From Tubiluchus corallicola (taxonomy: Eukaryota > Animalia > Priapulida): a stretch of DNA of 64,000 nt. Under the pieces are notes generated by a model. That model saw only the letters and a list, made by a program, of their open reading frames with translations. It did not search any database and had not been told where the DNA came from. The position numbers were made by a program, and so were the translations under genes. This document shows positions 1-61,315 of this stretch, piece by piece. Every line of letters starts with the position of its first letter. The stretch's first letter is position 1. The DNA lies in NCBI GenBank assembly GCA_030141605.1, contig JAQGDQ010000061.1:186001-250000 (forward strand), given 5' to 3'.

Positions 1-134
1 AATTAATTTGAATAAAGTAAAAAATCATTGTTAAAATGAAACATGTGTTGTCAAGTGAGGAAAACATGTAAAATGTCCAGCGTTGTTGAAATGAAAAGTC
101 GCTAAGTGGGGAGTCGTTAAGCGAGGACTTTCTG
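1..134 (-). mobile_element. partial Tc1/mariner-pogo type MITE, inverted copy of the element at 1485-2203
   Basis: Approximate reverse complement of 1485-1618; ends tcgttaagcgaggactttctg followed by TA. Confidence 0.8.
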
Positions 135-322
135 TACTCAATTTTAGAATAATAAAAAACAATAGGCAAATTATAAATTGCTAAAGACCTTTTTAGAGTA
201 AACTTTCATGCATCTGGTGTAATATGCAAAATATGAAAGCCATACCAAGAATGAGTTTTACTCTAAAATGCTTCATAATCTTCAAAAATTGCAAATCGAT
301 GCCCATTTGGATGTCTTACTCA

Positions 323-46997
<46,675 letters not shown>

Positions 46998-48058
46998 CTA
47001 GAAAATAGAAAAGGCCAAAGTTGCTCAAAGATCAACTATAATAAAGCAGCATTTATCAACAATCAAGATTGGTGAGAAACCATTAGACAGAAAAGCCATG
47101 CATTAAGGTCTCACAGCAAGTTTCTAAACACAACAAAACCTTGCACTGTACGCAATGAAAACATCAAGTTTAAACAGAAAACCACGCGGCAAGAGATGGT
47201 TATTGAATTGGAGTGTATCCCATCTATCACATATCACATATACGTGTTTGCAGTGCAAGACAAATAAGTTTTTTCCAAAAAAATCTATACTGTAATGTAT
47301 GTTTGTATTTTCTATAATGCATTAGTGCTGCATTGCACTTTACTGCATTAGTATTACAAAACCAATCTGCTTAATTTCTTAATTATATTCTACTGCTGCG
47401 GGTGCTTTTCTTAAGGATTTCAGTTTTACTGTTTTACTGCATGTAATACCCACATATAGTTGAATTTGTACAGATTTATGTTATTAAGAAAAATAGGTTG
47501 AACTGTAAAATTGAACTGCAACAATTAAAGCCATGATGTTTTATTGCAAGTATTCTTGCATGTCTAACTGCATTCTCATGTATCCAAATCAGGTTAGCAG
47601 ATTCTAAAGCACAAAAAGTGTAAATAGCAAAAAATACTTGTACTAATTTGAACTGGTATCTGATGCAAGTAAGCTGTAACCAAACAGAGTCACGCATGTA
47701 TAGATGTTCAGTATTATCTGAAATTTGTTTCCCCGGAAGATCGTGTCATAATGTCAAGTAATGGCAGCATTTTTACTTATGTTGGCTTCCAGGATCGTTG
47801 TTCACATCAATGCAACAAACCCACGTTAGCGACAATTTCCCTGATCCCATGGAAAAAAGCAGTATTAATTATAACAGACTTCTGCCCTAAATATAACCAT
47901 GAGTATGATACCTACAATATTAAAATTTAAAAGTAAAATTAAAAATCTAGTTACTGATTTGTAATAACTGACCAAGATTTGATTAGATTAAGTTATTATA
48001 GATTTCAATTTATGAGCCTCATTTGAACTTACACAAAGGACAAAGACACTTATTTACA

Positions 48059-48072
48059 GTTGCCATGACAAC
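48059..48072. promoter_or_regulatory. RFX X-box-like motif GTTGCCATGACAAC
   Basis: One mismatch to the palindromic X-box; about 1 kb 5' of the 46997 exon. Confidence 0.4.
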
Positions 48073-48409
48073 AAACAACATTAACCATAGGCTACTATAA
48101 GCGATTGCGAAATAGAACAACTCTTCAATCTCAATTTCACTTTAATTTCAATTTCGTTTTATTTGTGTTTATTTACAAAGTACAGCGCATAGAATTAGAT
48201 GGTGCGTCCTCAAAGACGCACGCGCTTTATCTAAATCTATGACATAAAGGCAACAGAAAAAGAACAAAATGTGATAATAGTGTGGGCAACGACAACGGGT
48301 TATAATGTGGATAGGACAGGTGATTTCAGTAGCTAAAATATAGTGGTGCTTTGTCAACTGTGACTTATTGTTTAATGTCTATGTATATTATATAGGTATA
48401 ATTATAAGC

Positions 48410-48664
48410 CAGTGGTTCCCAAACTTTCTCGGACCGTTACCCAAATCGGGAGACCGAGTAATTATTACTCGAACAAACGAAAACAAGAAGAAATGAATGA
48501 CACAGTGTTGCCTGCCGAAGGCAGTCTCTGCAAGAAGAAAACAACGTAAAATGTATTCCGAGCGAAGTTTTAAAAATTTTCAGAGGGTTGCCCGTTACCT
48601 CCCCCCCCCCAAAAAAACCATATTACCCCCGGGGGGTAATTTACCCCTACTTTGGGATCCACTG
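48410..48664. mobile_element. hAT-type MITE
   Basis: TIRs cagtggttcccaaa / tttgggatccactg; 8-bp TSD ttataagc / ttataggc. Confidence 0.85.
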
Positions 48665-51600
48665 TTATAGGCCGTCTACACGCCAGTACACGGCCATTCA
48701 AAACAAAAGCGCAAGCACTGGTACTTTGACAATCTACTCTTCCGTACATTATTATTTTACAGGTGAAAATAATGTCGAGTAAATTAATATGGTTTTATTT
48801 TAATGTAATTTAAAAATCAATTTTCGCTTTTGCTTTAATTCCCGAAAATTTTAATTACTTCTTTCTGAAGTTGTTTTATCCCTTTTTCTTTGATTTCGCT
48901 TTCGAACCCGTTGCAGCACATGCCAAACCAAAGCTCGTTTTCACACAAGCCATTTTGGCAGTTCCTCAGAGATGAAAAGAAGTTACAGAACAGCCCCTCA
49001 ACAAAATATATAGTCATGTGCAAAGTAACTGTCAGTGAAAACTGATCATGTTGACAGAGTTCGTTGTTTTGAATGTCAGTCTTTTCAATGTCATCTTTTG
49101 AAGAACCGTTGGACTAAACAATAATTTTTATTTTTAGTTCCTTCATCAATAAAACTTATCAAAAGTTTCTAAAAGTAAACAGACAATTCCAAGTGATTTT
49201 CTAAAAACTACAAATAGCACATGAAAAGTTTAGACTCACTATATTTGTTATAACAAAAACACTAAAATTTCTCAAAAGCAGTTATCACTTAGATTATAGC
49301 ACTTGGCAGATAAGCTCCTTAGATGTCATTTGGTCAAGAATTTTGTCGCAGTAAAAGATCTTATGAAACACGCCAGTTAATGATACTCATGCATGCCAAG
49401 TTATTGTATTACCCAATTGTTGATTCACAAAAGCGTCATCATCCGGTAGTTTATGAGCAAATAAAGTTTATGGACAGAATAACAGTAATTTCATAGGAAC
49501 GACGAGAGCGCACAGCAGGCAACAGAAACATATACATGTAGTAGCCGAACTGTCTGTCTGTTCAAGTCTGAAATAAAACCAGCACCATTGTCAACTGACA
49601 TTTGGGCTTCGGAGTTTGGACATCAAATCAAAATAATAATAGTAAATCAATTCAAACTGATGGCTCGTCAAATAGTAATTCCATTCAAGTATGTGCGTTT
49701 TGTGAAAGGGTTGTCACAACTATCGCTTATGAAGAACACATTCTTGAAGTGCAAATTTAATTGAAAACCAATAAGACATTGTACTGAACACAAGAAAAAG
49801 GCCTTGCCCGCAAATGAAGTTCTCATGACAAACTTAGTATTAACGAAAGTAATCAAGCTAAAACGGCTGAATTAACTTAGCAATTTCCAGAGCCTCGAGT
49901 GGTATTCACGCTCTACGTACTTAAAGTTCCATTAGGAAGATTCTGCCACTTTTACATTTCATTTTTCTCGATGATATGAGGATTACAGCAGCGTTAGCTG
50001 AAAAATTAATAGAAAAGGAGTTAATGGACGACTGCTGCGTGATTATTCTGCCAAAAAGTATAGTTACGTGATTTGTTTCTCTGGCATGGGAAGCGTGACC
50101 ACGTAAAATCTACGCATAACTTTTTGTGTGGGGTCACTGGGGTGGATTCTGTCTAAGCATTCTTTTTCAACGGTGAATTTATTTTCGATGCATATTTATA
50201 TCAGTTAATGGAACTACATATTGTTAATATTATTAATAATCGTTATAAATTAAATAAATGGCGAATATCATCACGTGGAATAGTCCTACAGGGCTTAAAT
50301 GAAATTAGTTTTATGGAGGTTACACTGCTGATTACAAAACTTACGACAATATGGGTTGTGCAAGGAGTTAATAACCGCTCATTATTTATCTCCATATATC
50401 ATTAGCATAACTCATTTTATATGACATTGAGTCATATGAACTTAGGAATTGCCAAAGATCACGATCGTTTTGTTTGTCTCCGAGATACTACGTTTCAAGG
50501 TATGAAAACAGCCACTTGCAAATCTGCTAAGAGATGATTAGTCATAAATCTGGGAGGCGTACTCGGGTAATTACATGTTTATAGTTGTCGATTTTGCACT
50601 TATCTTCGTTAATACTGGTTAAATAATTATTTACAAATAAATTGGGTAGTGACTGTTTTGATTATAATGATTATATTTGATTATATATTAGTTCATGTGA
50701 TTAATATATAGCGAAGGCGTGTATAATAACAATAATCCTACGCGTAAGGTATAATAATCCTACACTTATTGCTTGTTGTACTGGGAATAACAAGCTTCAT
50801 CTGCATGACTAATGTTGTAATTCACACCTATTTTGGCACACGCAATCAATATTACTGTTACACGCATAGACATACCCACACTCATGTACGTTATTTATGT
50901 TGCTTAGAGCCACTGGTAAATGTCCGCCCACGGCAATCACATTATAATACATGTGTAAATGCATATTATAGTTATGATTAGCTGAAACGTAGTGAGCCTG
51001 TGCAATGAGCATGCACCAAAGAATCGCAACACAGGCTAAAAAGCCATAGGGACACGGAAGAGGAGCTACGATAGGAAAATATTTTCCTATAACGGCGAAT
51101 TGAATTTGTCCTATCCAATCCTACTGCACATGTACACTAATAAACTAACAATACAATACATAATGCAAATTTTGAACATACATATATGCTTTAATAGTAG
51201 TTAATGCCTGTGTTTCAGTTTGGCTATTTTACTTTTACATAACCTCATATGCACCAAAAGCACTAATGTAACATCCACAACACGTATTAAGAACAAATTT
51301 AAAATATGTAAATATAATACACTATAATTTACATAATTGCTTAATTTTAACGCAGTACATGTTATTCTGTAAATATAATTAAAGATAATTTATAACAAGT
51401 TTTTTTTTCGCGCAACATCTCTAATAATATTTACATATGCCTGACATACACCTTTATCTCTTTTTAGATAAATCGCGCTTTTGGCTGAAGGCAGAACTTG
51501 CCTTAAATTAATTCGAAATTGATGGTTTACCACATACAGTCAAATACAATTTATGTTCTGGTGTTTGAGGGGCTGCATTATTACAATGACAGCAATCTGC

Positions 51601-51965
51601 ATTTTGTTCACCTATTCTATGCCGGAGCGATTTGTCCCTTTATTTAAAAGTAAGTTTAATGCAACTGTTTCAATAAGTCTTTCAAAATGCGTTAGCGGTA
51701 AACACAGTGGCGCTAACTCTGGTGTACGTCAGTGTTGCGGTAAATTTGGTTTTTGGGTACAACAATAAAATGTTTTTTTCCCGTTTCGTCGTTTCTCATA
51801 TTCGTTCTTTGTAATCTTTAAGAAAGACTTAGTAGTTGCCAGGTAGACATTTACGCAATGCACACAATATCTAGCACTATTTGGCATGGTTTCACACAGA
51901 GCTATTTCCTTCTTAAGTAGATCATTTTCTGTATTGGCTAACATTTTTAACATAAATTTACTACT

Positions 51966-52055
<90 letters not shown>
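51966..52055. repeat. (GA)n microsatellite
   Basis: Direct observation. Confidence 0.95.
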
Positions 52056-52057
<2 letters not shown>

Positions 52058-54101
52058 AAGATGGACGTCAGTAGGGCCAATAGGATTCTACTCAAAACGG
52101 CTTTTAATAAAGCAGCAGCCTAATGAGCAAGGCATACAAGCTTCGTGCTACCAATCGTCAGCTACATGTTAGACTATTTCATCAGTATGGAGGCTGGAAG
52201 TGGAAAGCATCTCTAGGGAGTTTTGCTTATGTTGTGAATCAATAACATGATATTTCTCGTCACTCCCATCATGTGCTGCAGTGCTAGCACAAAAGCATTT
52301 TTTCGATTAATTTGTCCACAAACGAAAATGGACTAATTGGTGGCTCGTCGAGACGCTACATAACATTCCACCCTTCAGTGGTTACTTTATTGGTTAATTC
52401 AAAATAGTTAAGTTCATGGCCAGTTCAAAATTTAGGCAGCCTTGACTTCGATATGTATCTGGACGGTTGACCTGCACGTTTTGCGCAACAACTAAAAAAA
52501 TTAAGTTACACCACTTCCAAAAGGTATAGTTAAATTAAATAATTAAAGGTATCCTCTGTAAATTATATTTCAATTCAAGAATGACGAGGCACCAGTGCCC
52601 GCCCATCTAGCGAATGGCGGAATGCATGTAACAGCGAAGAACTAGTGGCGCGAACGCGAAATTGTGTTTGTGTGGTAATAATTCTTTCACGTAAGTCGAA
52701 AAGAGTATGTTACCTTTCAATATTTTAAAGAGTAGATTGTTTTGACCAACAGTTTAAGATTGGGTCCGGTTTTGCTTTAATAATTTAAAATGTTCATGCC
52801 AACTGGTAAACGTCACTGCATCATCATCTCAATATGCACCAGAACACAGTGGGCATTACGAATGCTCTGCTTGTTTTCTTCAAACTTTGCGCAATGTTAT
52901 TAATTTTAAACTTCTTTCTTACGACTTACCATCAAAATGGCTGCGCCTAATAGTCATCACGGGAGTTCAAATTTACAAGTTTTGTACTGCGTTACTGCTA
53001 ACACATGTTCTGTAGGCTATGCAATGAGACAGCATGCCAGTGATACAAAATTCGAATACGAATTTTTGAGCCTGATTTATGAAGAGGGTTTTCTTGTCCT
53101 TTAAGTTTTATTTTCTTGCTGAAATTTACGCAGTTCATCATCCAACGGAAACAGTAAGCGACTAAGCGCACGTTTGGTTTCGTAACTTTCTTCAAATTCG
53201 TTTAAGTACTATGGATGTTCATAAAGAAATTTCTTAGCGCTTGTGTGCCAGTGTGCCGGTTAAATGTCAAGTAAAGCATTTATCTTTCTCGATTTTCTGT
53301 AGCTTCTTAGACTTTTTGTTGTCTGGCCGTTCTTTTCCGATTACATAAAGATTGCAAAGGCTAAAACTGCTTACATGGCGGCCCTTCCAGTTACTTTACT
53401 TTACATTTGGTATTTTTAATGGAAGGGTGTCTTTTACAAATTCTTACAAGGTGTATGCCAACAAACCATGGCAGGTAGTTTGAAGTTACTGGAAGAATAG
53501 CCGAGCGACTACGATAGCGCTTCTCGGCCGAGAATAAGCAAGTTGACTATAAGATTCTGCGTCTAGGAGGGGTTTTTGCTGCCAAGCTGCCACCACGCAT
53601 TAGAGAATCATCATTCATTTAATTACTTAATAATCGTTAATCATTAATCATTATTTAATAATAATGCAGGTTCTATTCGAATCACAACTACCTATATTAT
53701 GTAAGGCACAGCTGTTGAGTACTATAGGTTCTGGTTTGCAGTCGCTGTATTATATGAAAACCTTATTTTGGCTGATTTGAAATGACTTCTGCATCGTGTC
53801 TCCATTCTGACGGAGTAATTCCTATACATGAATACTTTGTACTGTATGAGGAGATACAAGGAGCATCAAAGTAAGCATACAAGGAGAATCTATAATATCT
53901 GTAGCCAATATAATATTTAAAAAATATGATTAAACGCCAGTTAAAACACGAGTTAATGTGTGATAATATTTAATCAGACACTTTTGTTGCTTGCGCATCG
54001 GTATTACCCCCAATTTTTAATAATGGAGCCTGATAATTGATAAGCGAAGTTGTTGAAGTACTTATTATATCTGTATAAGCCAAAAGTAACTACTTGATAC
54101 T

Positions 54102-54345
54102 CACTAGATGTATAGGCCACCACACCCTCACATGAAGCCAATATGAGTAAAAATTTATTTAGGCTTTTTTGACATTGTGATCCACACCTTTGACCTTTTC
54201 AACAAACAGTAACGGATATCCAGATTTACTCTAGACGTATCCGTGCGCCAGTTTTGTAATCGAGGCTTCAACCGTTTTGATTAGACATCCGGACAGACAC
54301 ACAGACAGACGCACAGACGCGACTAAACATTCTATACCCAAGCAG
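54102..54345. mobile_element. possible Helentron/DINE-like non-autonomous element
   Basis: actag start, tgacctttt core and (acag)n-type tract near the end; boundaries approximate. Confidence 0.4.
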
Positions 54346-54732
54346 CGATTAGCATCGGCGTGCGTTATTGTTATTATTACAGCGTTTCCGTTCTTTATAG
54401 TATTATTGACCAGTGATCACTTCCATATATTGCAGCAAACAAGTTGGAAGAGCAAACGGTCAGCTGCTACACTGTTTCGATTTGTTTGAGTTGAGAGCCT
54501 TTCAGCGATGCATTGTGATGGTTCATCATCAAGCAAGAGAGCGTGATAGAAATGGCACACTGGAACTGACAGTAGGCCATGTCAATAATATACATGTACG
54601 ATATAAACATGTATATACTGTAATATACAGTTATATACAATATAAATAAAGCCATAAAGGCGGTTACCGTTGTCAATGAATCCGTTTTACGTAAAAAATT
54701 AGAACACGCATTGCTGTGGCATATCCATTTAA

Positions 54733-56880
54733 AGATAGATAGATAGATAGATATTTTATTTCTGAAAATCAAATTTTCAACATGACAATTACAAACTCGA
54801 TGCGCACCCGATGGTTTTATCAGCGGGCAGAGCTCTGGTAATGATTTCCAGATTATACTAACAATTTGACTCAACATAGCTGCACGAGCTATATACACAG
54901 ATATACAAATTTAGTTGTAAACTCCATGAAGCGAAAAAAAACTATTTACTAAGCATTTGTACACATGTAATAAACAAATATTTTACCTATATGATAATCA
55001 CAGTGATGCGGTTATGTGTCCGCTAACAAAGCTATACTATTTAATTCACAAATCTATGCATACAGTCGTAAATGAAACTTCCAATTGACATTAATTCTCC
55101 ATCAAATAAATTTGCAATATTACTATAATTTAACGCGTACAGTGATCTATAAAGTGCATTTTCATGGCACTCGCACAAGAAATGCTCTTCTGTCTGAATT
55201 TCTCCACAAAGACACAGCCTGCGCTCACGATGTACATTTGCCCAACGACCTGTTTCTATAGCTAGATTGTGTGATGAGACCCTTATTTTTGTGATGATTA
55301 TACGTTTGTGCTCAGGTAACTCTGTGCTACATTGGATGCATAGACAAATTGGGATTTATTTCCAAATAAGTCTTGCATTTTGTACGATCAGAAACTCGGA
55401 CATGTGTCTTTCGTCTCTCTACATTTGTCTGTACATGATCCGTTGTAGACATAACACTGTCTAAATATTTGTATCCCTTTGTTCGGGCATCTTTACATAA
55501 ATTCCATACCAACATAAACGGGTCATCCGGCATAGCGTAACGCTGGCTTACCAACTTCGAAACGAACTTTTTTTGTACGTTTTTTACCCTCGCTTCAAGT
55601 CAGGGCATGCCAAGTTCTAGCAGGCAAACGTCGTTTGTGGTAGAAGTACGAACCCCCAGTAGAGCTTTAATAGTAGTGCGGTACTGAACCTCACCAATAC
55701 GGGCACTGCCACATATCCAGGCTTCGCACCCATAAAGTATGGACGAGAGCAATGCAGATTCTAGCACCTTCCGTTTTATCCAAAATGGAAAGTCAATGTT
55801 CTTGGATACAAATTTGTAAAGAGACAAATTTCATCACGTGTGGCTGCTTGGATTTAAAATGTTCCCTAACAGCAGCATCGGGCGATCCATCTTGAGTAAA
55901 GACAACCCCCAAATAAGTGTAATCATTGCAATTCAGTACACACACATTGTTGATTACAAGTTCCAGAGAACCGTTCACCACCATAAATTTTGTCTTCTCT
56001 ACATTGATGACCATTCCTGATTCTTCACAAAATCCTAAAAGCACAAAGTTTCTTCATGGCTTCATGTCTAGACGTGGCAAGCAGAACGGTATCATCCATA
56101 AGCAGTAAACAATGAACCCAACCAATAACTTCACACATCTCAGACAATGTAAAATCATCATCAGTAACAGGCATGTATGGCAAATTGATTGGCGGAACTA
56201 AAACTGGATTTTGCTCGTAAGGGTTAAGCAGGCGTTCGAAATGAACCTTAAACTCTTAGTCATTTGGGCGCGTCGCCGACAAGCCCTCTTCATCTAAAGT
56301 ACCCATCCGATGGCCTTCAAGATAGTTTTTGGATCGTTTTCAGTAGCCAACCTATGCCATCTATCGACAGCTAGTGGTTGAGTATCATCTCCGCTTGTGT
56401 TAGCATTAAATAACTTTGATTGGGAAATAAAAGCCCTAAAGGACTGGTCGATATCTCCAAATGTAGTATTTATATCCAGCGAGTCTGTTATAGGTGGTGG
56501 TGGGTGGGGGGGCAATTGTTAAACAACTGCTCGAGTTGGCCACGGTTTACATCAGTCCACCTTATCTGTTGGTGTAGCAACTTATTCCCAGGCGAAAATG
56601 TATATTCTCCAAGCAAACTTGCTCTTAATCTGAGATCTTCTGCGTTGAAGATTTTATTATCTACCTTTTTTAGATCTAAATGAGCAATAACAGGCGCATG
56701 GTTTGAGGGCAAATCAGTATCCGTTACCACCAAAAAATTGTTTACAGCACCTATCAAGTTATTTGTTATGTAAATATGGTCTAATTCAGATACCCAACGT
56801 TCCTTTCTATGAAATGTTATGTGGTTTGAAAATTGAAAACCGGTACCTGTCAGGCCATTTAGAACATACGTCATGCAAAT
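54733..56880 (-). mobile_element. degraded, 5'-truncated and internally deleted non-LTR retrotransposon (APE-RT-Zn finger)
   Basis: APE C-terminus SELDHIYIT...LPSNHAPV; RT WVHCLLLMDDTVLLATSR, INVEKTKFMV, YTYLGVVF; C-terminal HNLAIETGRW...RLCLCGEIQTEEHFLCEC; frameshifts; AATAAA followed by an (ATCT)n tail at 54733-54760. Confidence 0.9.
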
Positions 56881-57785
56881 GGTGTATCAAACCAAATATT
56901 TAGGTTTATTATTAGTTTAGCACAGTTTTAATGTAAGGAAGTGATTTATTGTGAGGTTCACTCCAAACGTCTCTGCAGCTACAATTAATGACAGCGGAGA
57001 TGTCTGATTCCTAATGGAAAAAATGAGTGATTGCAAAGATACCATTGACGCACTTGATGTGCAGTAACTGTGTTTGCGTGTAAACAGCGCGTAACAATTT
57101 CAAAAGGTCAGAATCATCGTAAATTGTGTGGCCAAAACAGGGCATTCAGTGTCCATTAGCATTTGAAATACACTGCAATTGCAGTTATGAACAGGAAAAA
57201 TTTGCTACTATAGTCATTCAAGACTGCAATGCAATACAATGCGTTTCGACATGAGAAAATGCAATGCAGTACAATGTAATGTAATGTAATATGATGCATA
57301 CCGCAATGCAGTACACCAATACAATCTTTTTATAATAGATGTAGTCTAGTCCCAAATCCTGAAAAAGTGCTTCTATAAAGTTTTGGGGAATTTTTTTCGA
57401 AAGTGGGCAACATGGCCAATCATATGTTTAATGTGTGCAATAGAATTCAATACAGCTCAGTACGTTATACACTTCTACATATACATAAACTGGTATTTTC
57501 TACTGTGCTAGTGGTTTTTTATTATCTGTAATATAATTCTCTATTATATAAAATGATTCGCAACCTAAATTACTTTCACATATTGCTCTGCTTGTTTAGG
57601 GATTTGCCATCGCTAGCACTTAATTTTCTTTTTACCCACACGCCGCCGACTGCTTTGCAACTAAACATCGCCATTACAATACCCTGCAGGACCATTTGTA
57701 AATGTCTAAAAACAGATGCCCCCCCTCCCCCTCCCGCAAAAGTGATATCACAAAACCGCCCACGAATATTAGATTAGAAATACTA

Positions 57786-58756
57786 CAGGGTGTTTCAGAA
57801 GAAACAGCTCAGTAGAAATATGGCGATATGCATGTATAATGGAATCTACAAAAACCAAATTATATGATAGAAAAAGTGGAGTTGTTCAAATGTAACTATT
57901 TTTACGTCACTACGATGTCATAATCCAGAAGATCGGGTTCGTTTTTGACAAAATAAGAAGTATTATTATTCAAAGCAACCAAACTGATGAAGAAAGTGTG
58001 TGTGTGTCTTTCATAACATGCAGTGGTTGCTCTTATTTGTGACTTCAAGTTAAAGGAAAGGCCAAGCCTTCTGGAAAGTTAAGCTTATTTCAAATTGCAA
58101 TGTTCGCTAAAATGTTAGAAAGATTAAATAATAAAAGTTTGAGGGCATCTTGTAATTAGTAAAATCACTTAAATGTCACCATCATTTCACGTTTGGGCTT
58201 TCGAATCTTGAAAGCCAATTTTCCACCAACGACGTCGTTGTCGACTGAAGAAAAGCAGCGCACCATCAATTTCCGACGAAAGTACAATAATTTTTTGGGA
58301 AAAGCTGAGTTTGTGATATTGTTAACGAGTGTTAGGCAAGTTACACAAATTTGAATTAGTTTCTGAGCATCGCGCGCTTACGTTAAGTTACGACGCGTTT
58401 ACGAAAAGTCACGAAGTCCACCAGTTACGTTATAATTTTCAAGTGAATGGCAGTTACCACTGGACCTGAAAATGTCTATACAGCGATAGTATAAATTAAC
58501 TTCGTGCTTTACAGACAGTTTCTTGAGCATTTCTTTGACGTATTTTTCTAATTTCAAGTAATAATGTTAAAATAAACCCAAAATGTTGACTTGTCCTTTC
58601 CTTTAACAACTCACATTCCAGCAGTTATTGTAGTGTAGTCTTACACTAAATAACTTAACACCCAATCACAACTCATTATGATTTCAGGATTTTGAGCAGC
58701 ATATTTCAGCATATCATCACATTTTTACTTCACTGTTTTTTTTCTGGAACACCCTG
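57786..58756. mobile_element. non-autonomous Tc1/mariner-type element
   Basis: TA-flanked TIRs cagggtgtttcagaagaaacag / ctgttttttttctggaacaccctg. Confidence 0.75.
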
Positions 58757-59500
58757 TATGATTTCGAAATTATGGCTAAATGGACTTAAATGTAACAGGT
58801 TCCATCTTGTAATAATTCTGACAGTTTTGCAAAAAATACGTAGAAGATGAGTCATGCCAATCGACGAAGAGTTTAGCATATACTGTGTTTATACAGTAAT
58901 AACAACAGAATTATTATATAATCTTTGTTAAATACGCTATTACGCTATTACGACAAATCAGTTAGCAGTTCCCAATAATTAAAAAAATGTTTTAAGCGTA
59001 ATAATAGTACTTAGTGGTTGTCTGTGTAGTATCTTGGCTGTGGTATTGTTGGTGTAGTATCTTGTAGATTTAGTTTGTTCTATTTAATGCCTCACAGCCA
59101 TTAAATTACGACCAATTTACTGGAATACTAGACAAACTGACAACTTTGTGGAACTTTGATTAATACCCCACGATTAGCAGTGGTCTGAAATACTCGTACA
59201 TTTAACGCGACACAAGTGCTTTGTGGGAAACTTTTAAATAACCAACAAAAACTTAGATAAGCTGACGCAATGTCTTCACGATTAGTCGGAATTTTTAGCC
59301 TCTGGGGATGAATGAGGCGGTTAAAGCATCCAGTGGCGAGGTCCGCCGGCAAGTTTTTGTTTCTATCTGACAAATCGATCTGCCCCTGCGGTTATCAGGC
59401 CAAATAGCAAGAGCTGTTGGATTCGAGTCCCAAAAAAGCATAACAATTTTTTCAGATGTTCTAGCTTAGTATTGGTTTTGTGTGATATATATATACATAT

Positions 59501-59607
59501 ATTCTATTCTATTCTGTTCTGTTCTGTTCTGTTCTGTTCTGTTCTGTTCTGTTCTGTTCTGTTCTGTTCTGTTCTATTCTATTCTATTCTATTCTATTCT
59601 ATTCTAT
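59501..59607. repeat. compound pentanucleotide microsatellite (TTCTG)n/(TTCTA)n
   Basis: Direct observation. Confidence 0.95.
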
Positions 59608-59625
59608 TATAATATTAATATATTA

Positions 59626-59949
59626 CTAGAAAAGGCCCCGGAAAAAATTTTGCTTATAAATATACGTATAAACAAAAATACGCAAACATCCTACCTAGTG
59701 TTTGTGTACTTACCTAAGGCAAAGCCAGTAGCAGCAGCTTTTACTGAATTAAAGTCATAAGATTGGCCATTTTTGGAGGTTTTTTGCCCCCCGTTTGTCC
59801 CGGTGGGGCCGATTCGAAAAATAAACCCCCAATGGCACGACACTAGATCGAGACCTTTCGTTTGATGTATAGATCGCCGCAAATGGTGCCGTGGTCCGAG
59901 CTGTAACCTCGAATCTTATATACATATATATATATATAACCACCGAAAT
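59626..59949 (-). mobile_element. possible non-autonomous Helitron-like element
   Basis: Minus-strand end ccggggccttttCTAG, (TA)n tract near the other end, flanked by duplicated taatattaatatatta. Confidence 0.45.
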
Positions 59950-61199
59950 TAATATTAATATATTATACTATATACTATATATAACATAAGTACATATATA
60001 TTATACTATATACTATAATAATATAATATTTGTATACTATGTTTATGTAATACTTTATTGTAATAAAACATACACAAAATGTACAGTAATAAAATCACAA
60101 TGCATATAAATGTTTGTGTAGTTTCAGTCTCTGGACTGATGTTTTACAATAGTGTCAGATTGTTAATAAATTATACATGAATTATACACGTTAGTAAATT
60201 ATATACTGTATATTAGAATAGCATACGGCATTTCTGCACAGCCTCTATCTGATGTGACTATTTGGCGGAACGCACTAATAAAGCAACGTATATATGACGT
60301 TACGTTCGACCTCGTTCTGATAATAGAAAACAATCACGCAATTTCTTGCAGTTTAAAAGCACCAATTATACCCTGCACGCTACATTCACGGTATTTTACA
60401 TTTTAATTTCCTGCCCCGTTAGTTTACACGCTATAGAGTTTCGAAAATTAATCATTGTTATCATGTTGCTACAATCAGCAAAGCTGCTTTGTAGCTTACA
60501 TGGAAGTTTCCTAGTGCACTGTGAAGCAGCTAGTAATCAATTGTTGAAACTTTGCAAGCTGCACTGCCCTATCTCATTCACATGTAGGTTATATTTTATT
60601 AATTCTTGCATTTCACAACATATGCATAATTATATTTTATCAATGCGGTCATATATTTTGTACCTATTGATTTCATTCATTAAATTTTGTTCGCGGAGAT
60701 ATAATTGCTTTAAACTTCCGAGATGGCATTGTTTCAAACTTTAAAAAAGAAGTAAATTGTATGTGGCATAATCCATTGCATTTACTTCGAATGCACAGCA
60801 TCAAATTGTGACTGTCTGAATCGTGTTTGTACAGAAATTGTGGAGATATGATAGCATGTGCATTGTGCGTCCCTTTCCCAGTAGATGCAGATGATTCAAA
60901 TATTAACTTGTTTTGTTCGATTTATCATTTCACGCGTTCATAAAATCAATGCACTTTGTATATCTTTTGTAAGTTTATGTCACGTACTCTGGAAGTTCAA
61001 AAGCACAAAAGCATACTTTAATGTCATTTAAATGATTTGAATTTTGTGGCCATGCGTTGCTATGACATATGGTTGTTTTAGACGCAAGGAAAAGAAAGAA
61101 TTTGAATTAACTGCATAAAAAGAGTAAAGAAAAATAAGAGAATGTATCTAATCACACTGGAAATTGATCTTAATGTCTATCTGTAAGGCTGCGTGGCAG

Positions 61200-61315
<116 letters not shown>

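Noticed and set aside
48835-49113. Open frame of about 90 codons on the minus strand as a possible first exon
   Set aside because: No convincing phase-1 donor in that frame and no clear ferlin similarity.
59320-59435. tRNA-like boxes (ggcggttaaagc...ggattcgagtccc)
   Set aside because: The spacing is too long and no cloverleaf is evident. More likely a repeat fragment than a tRNA gene.
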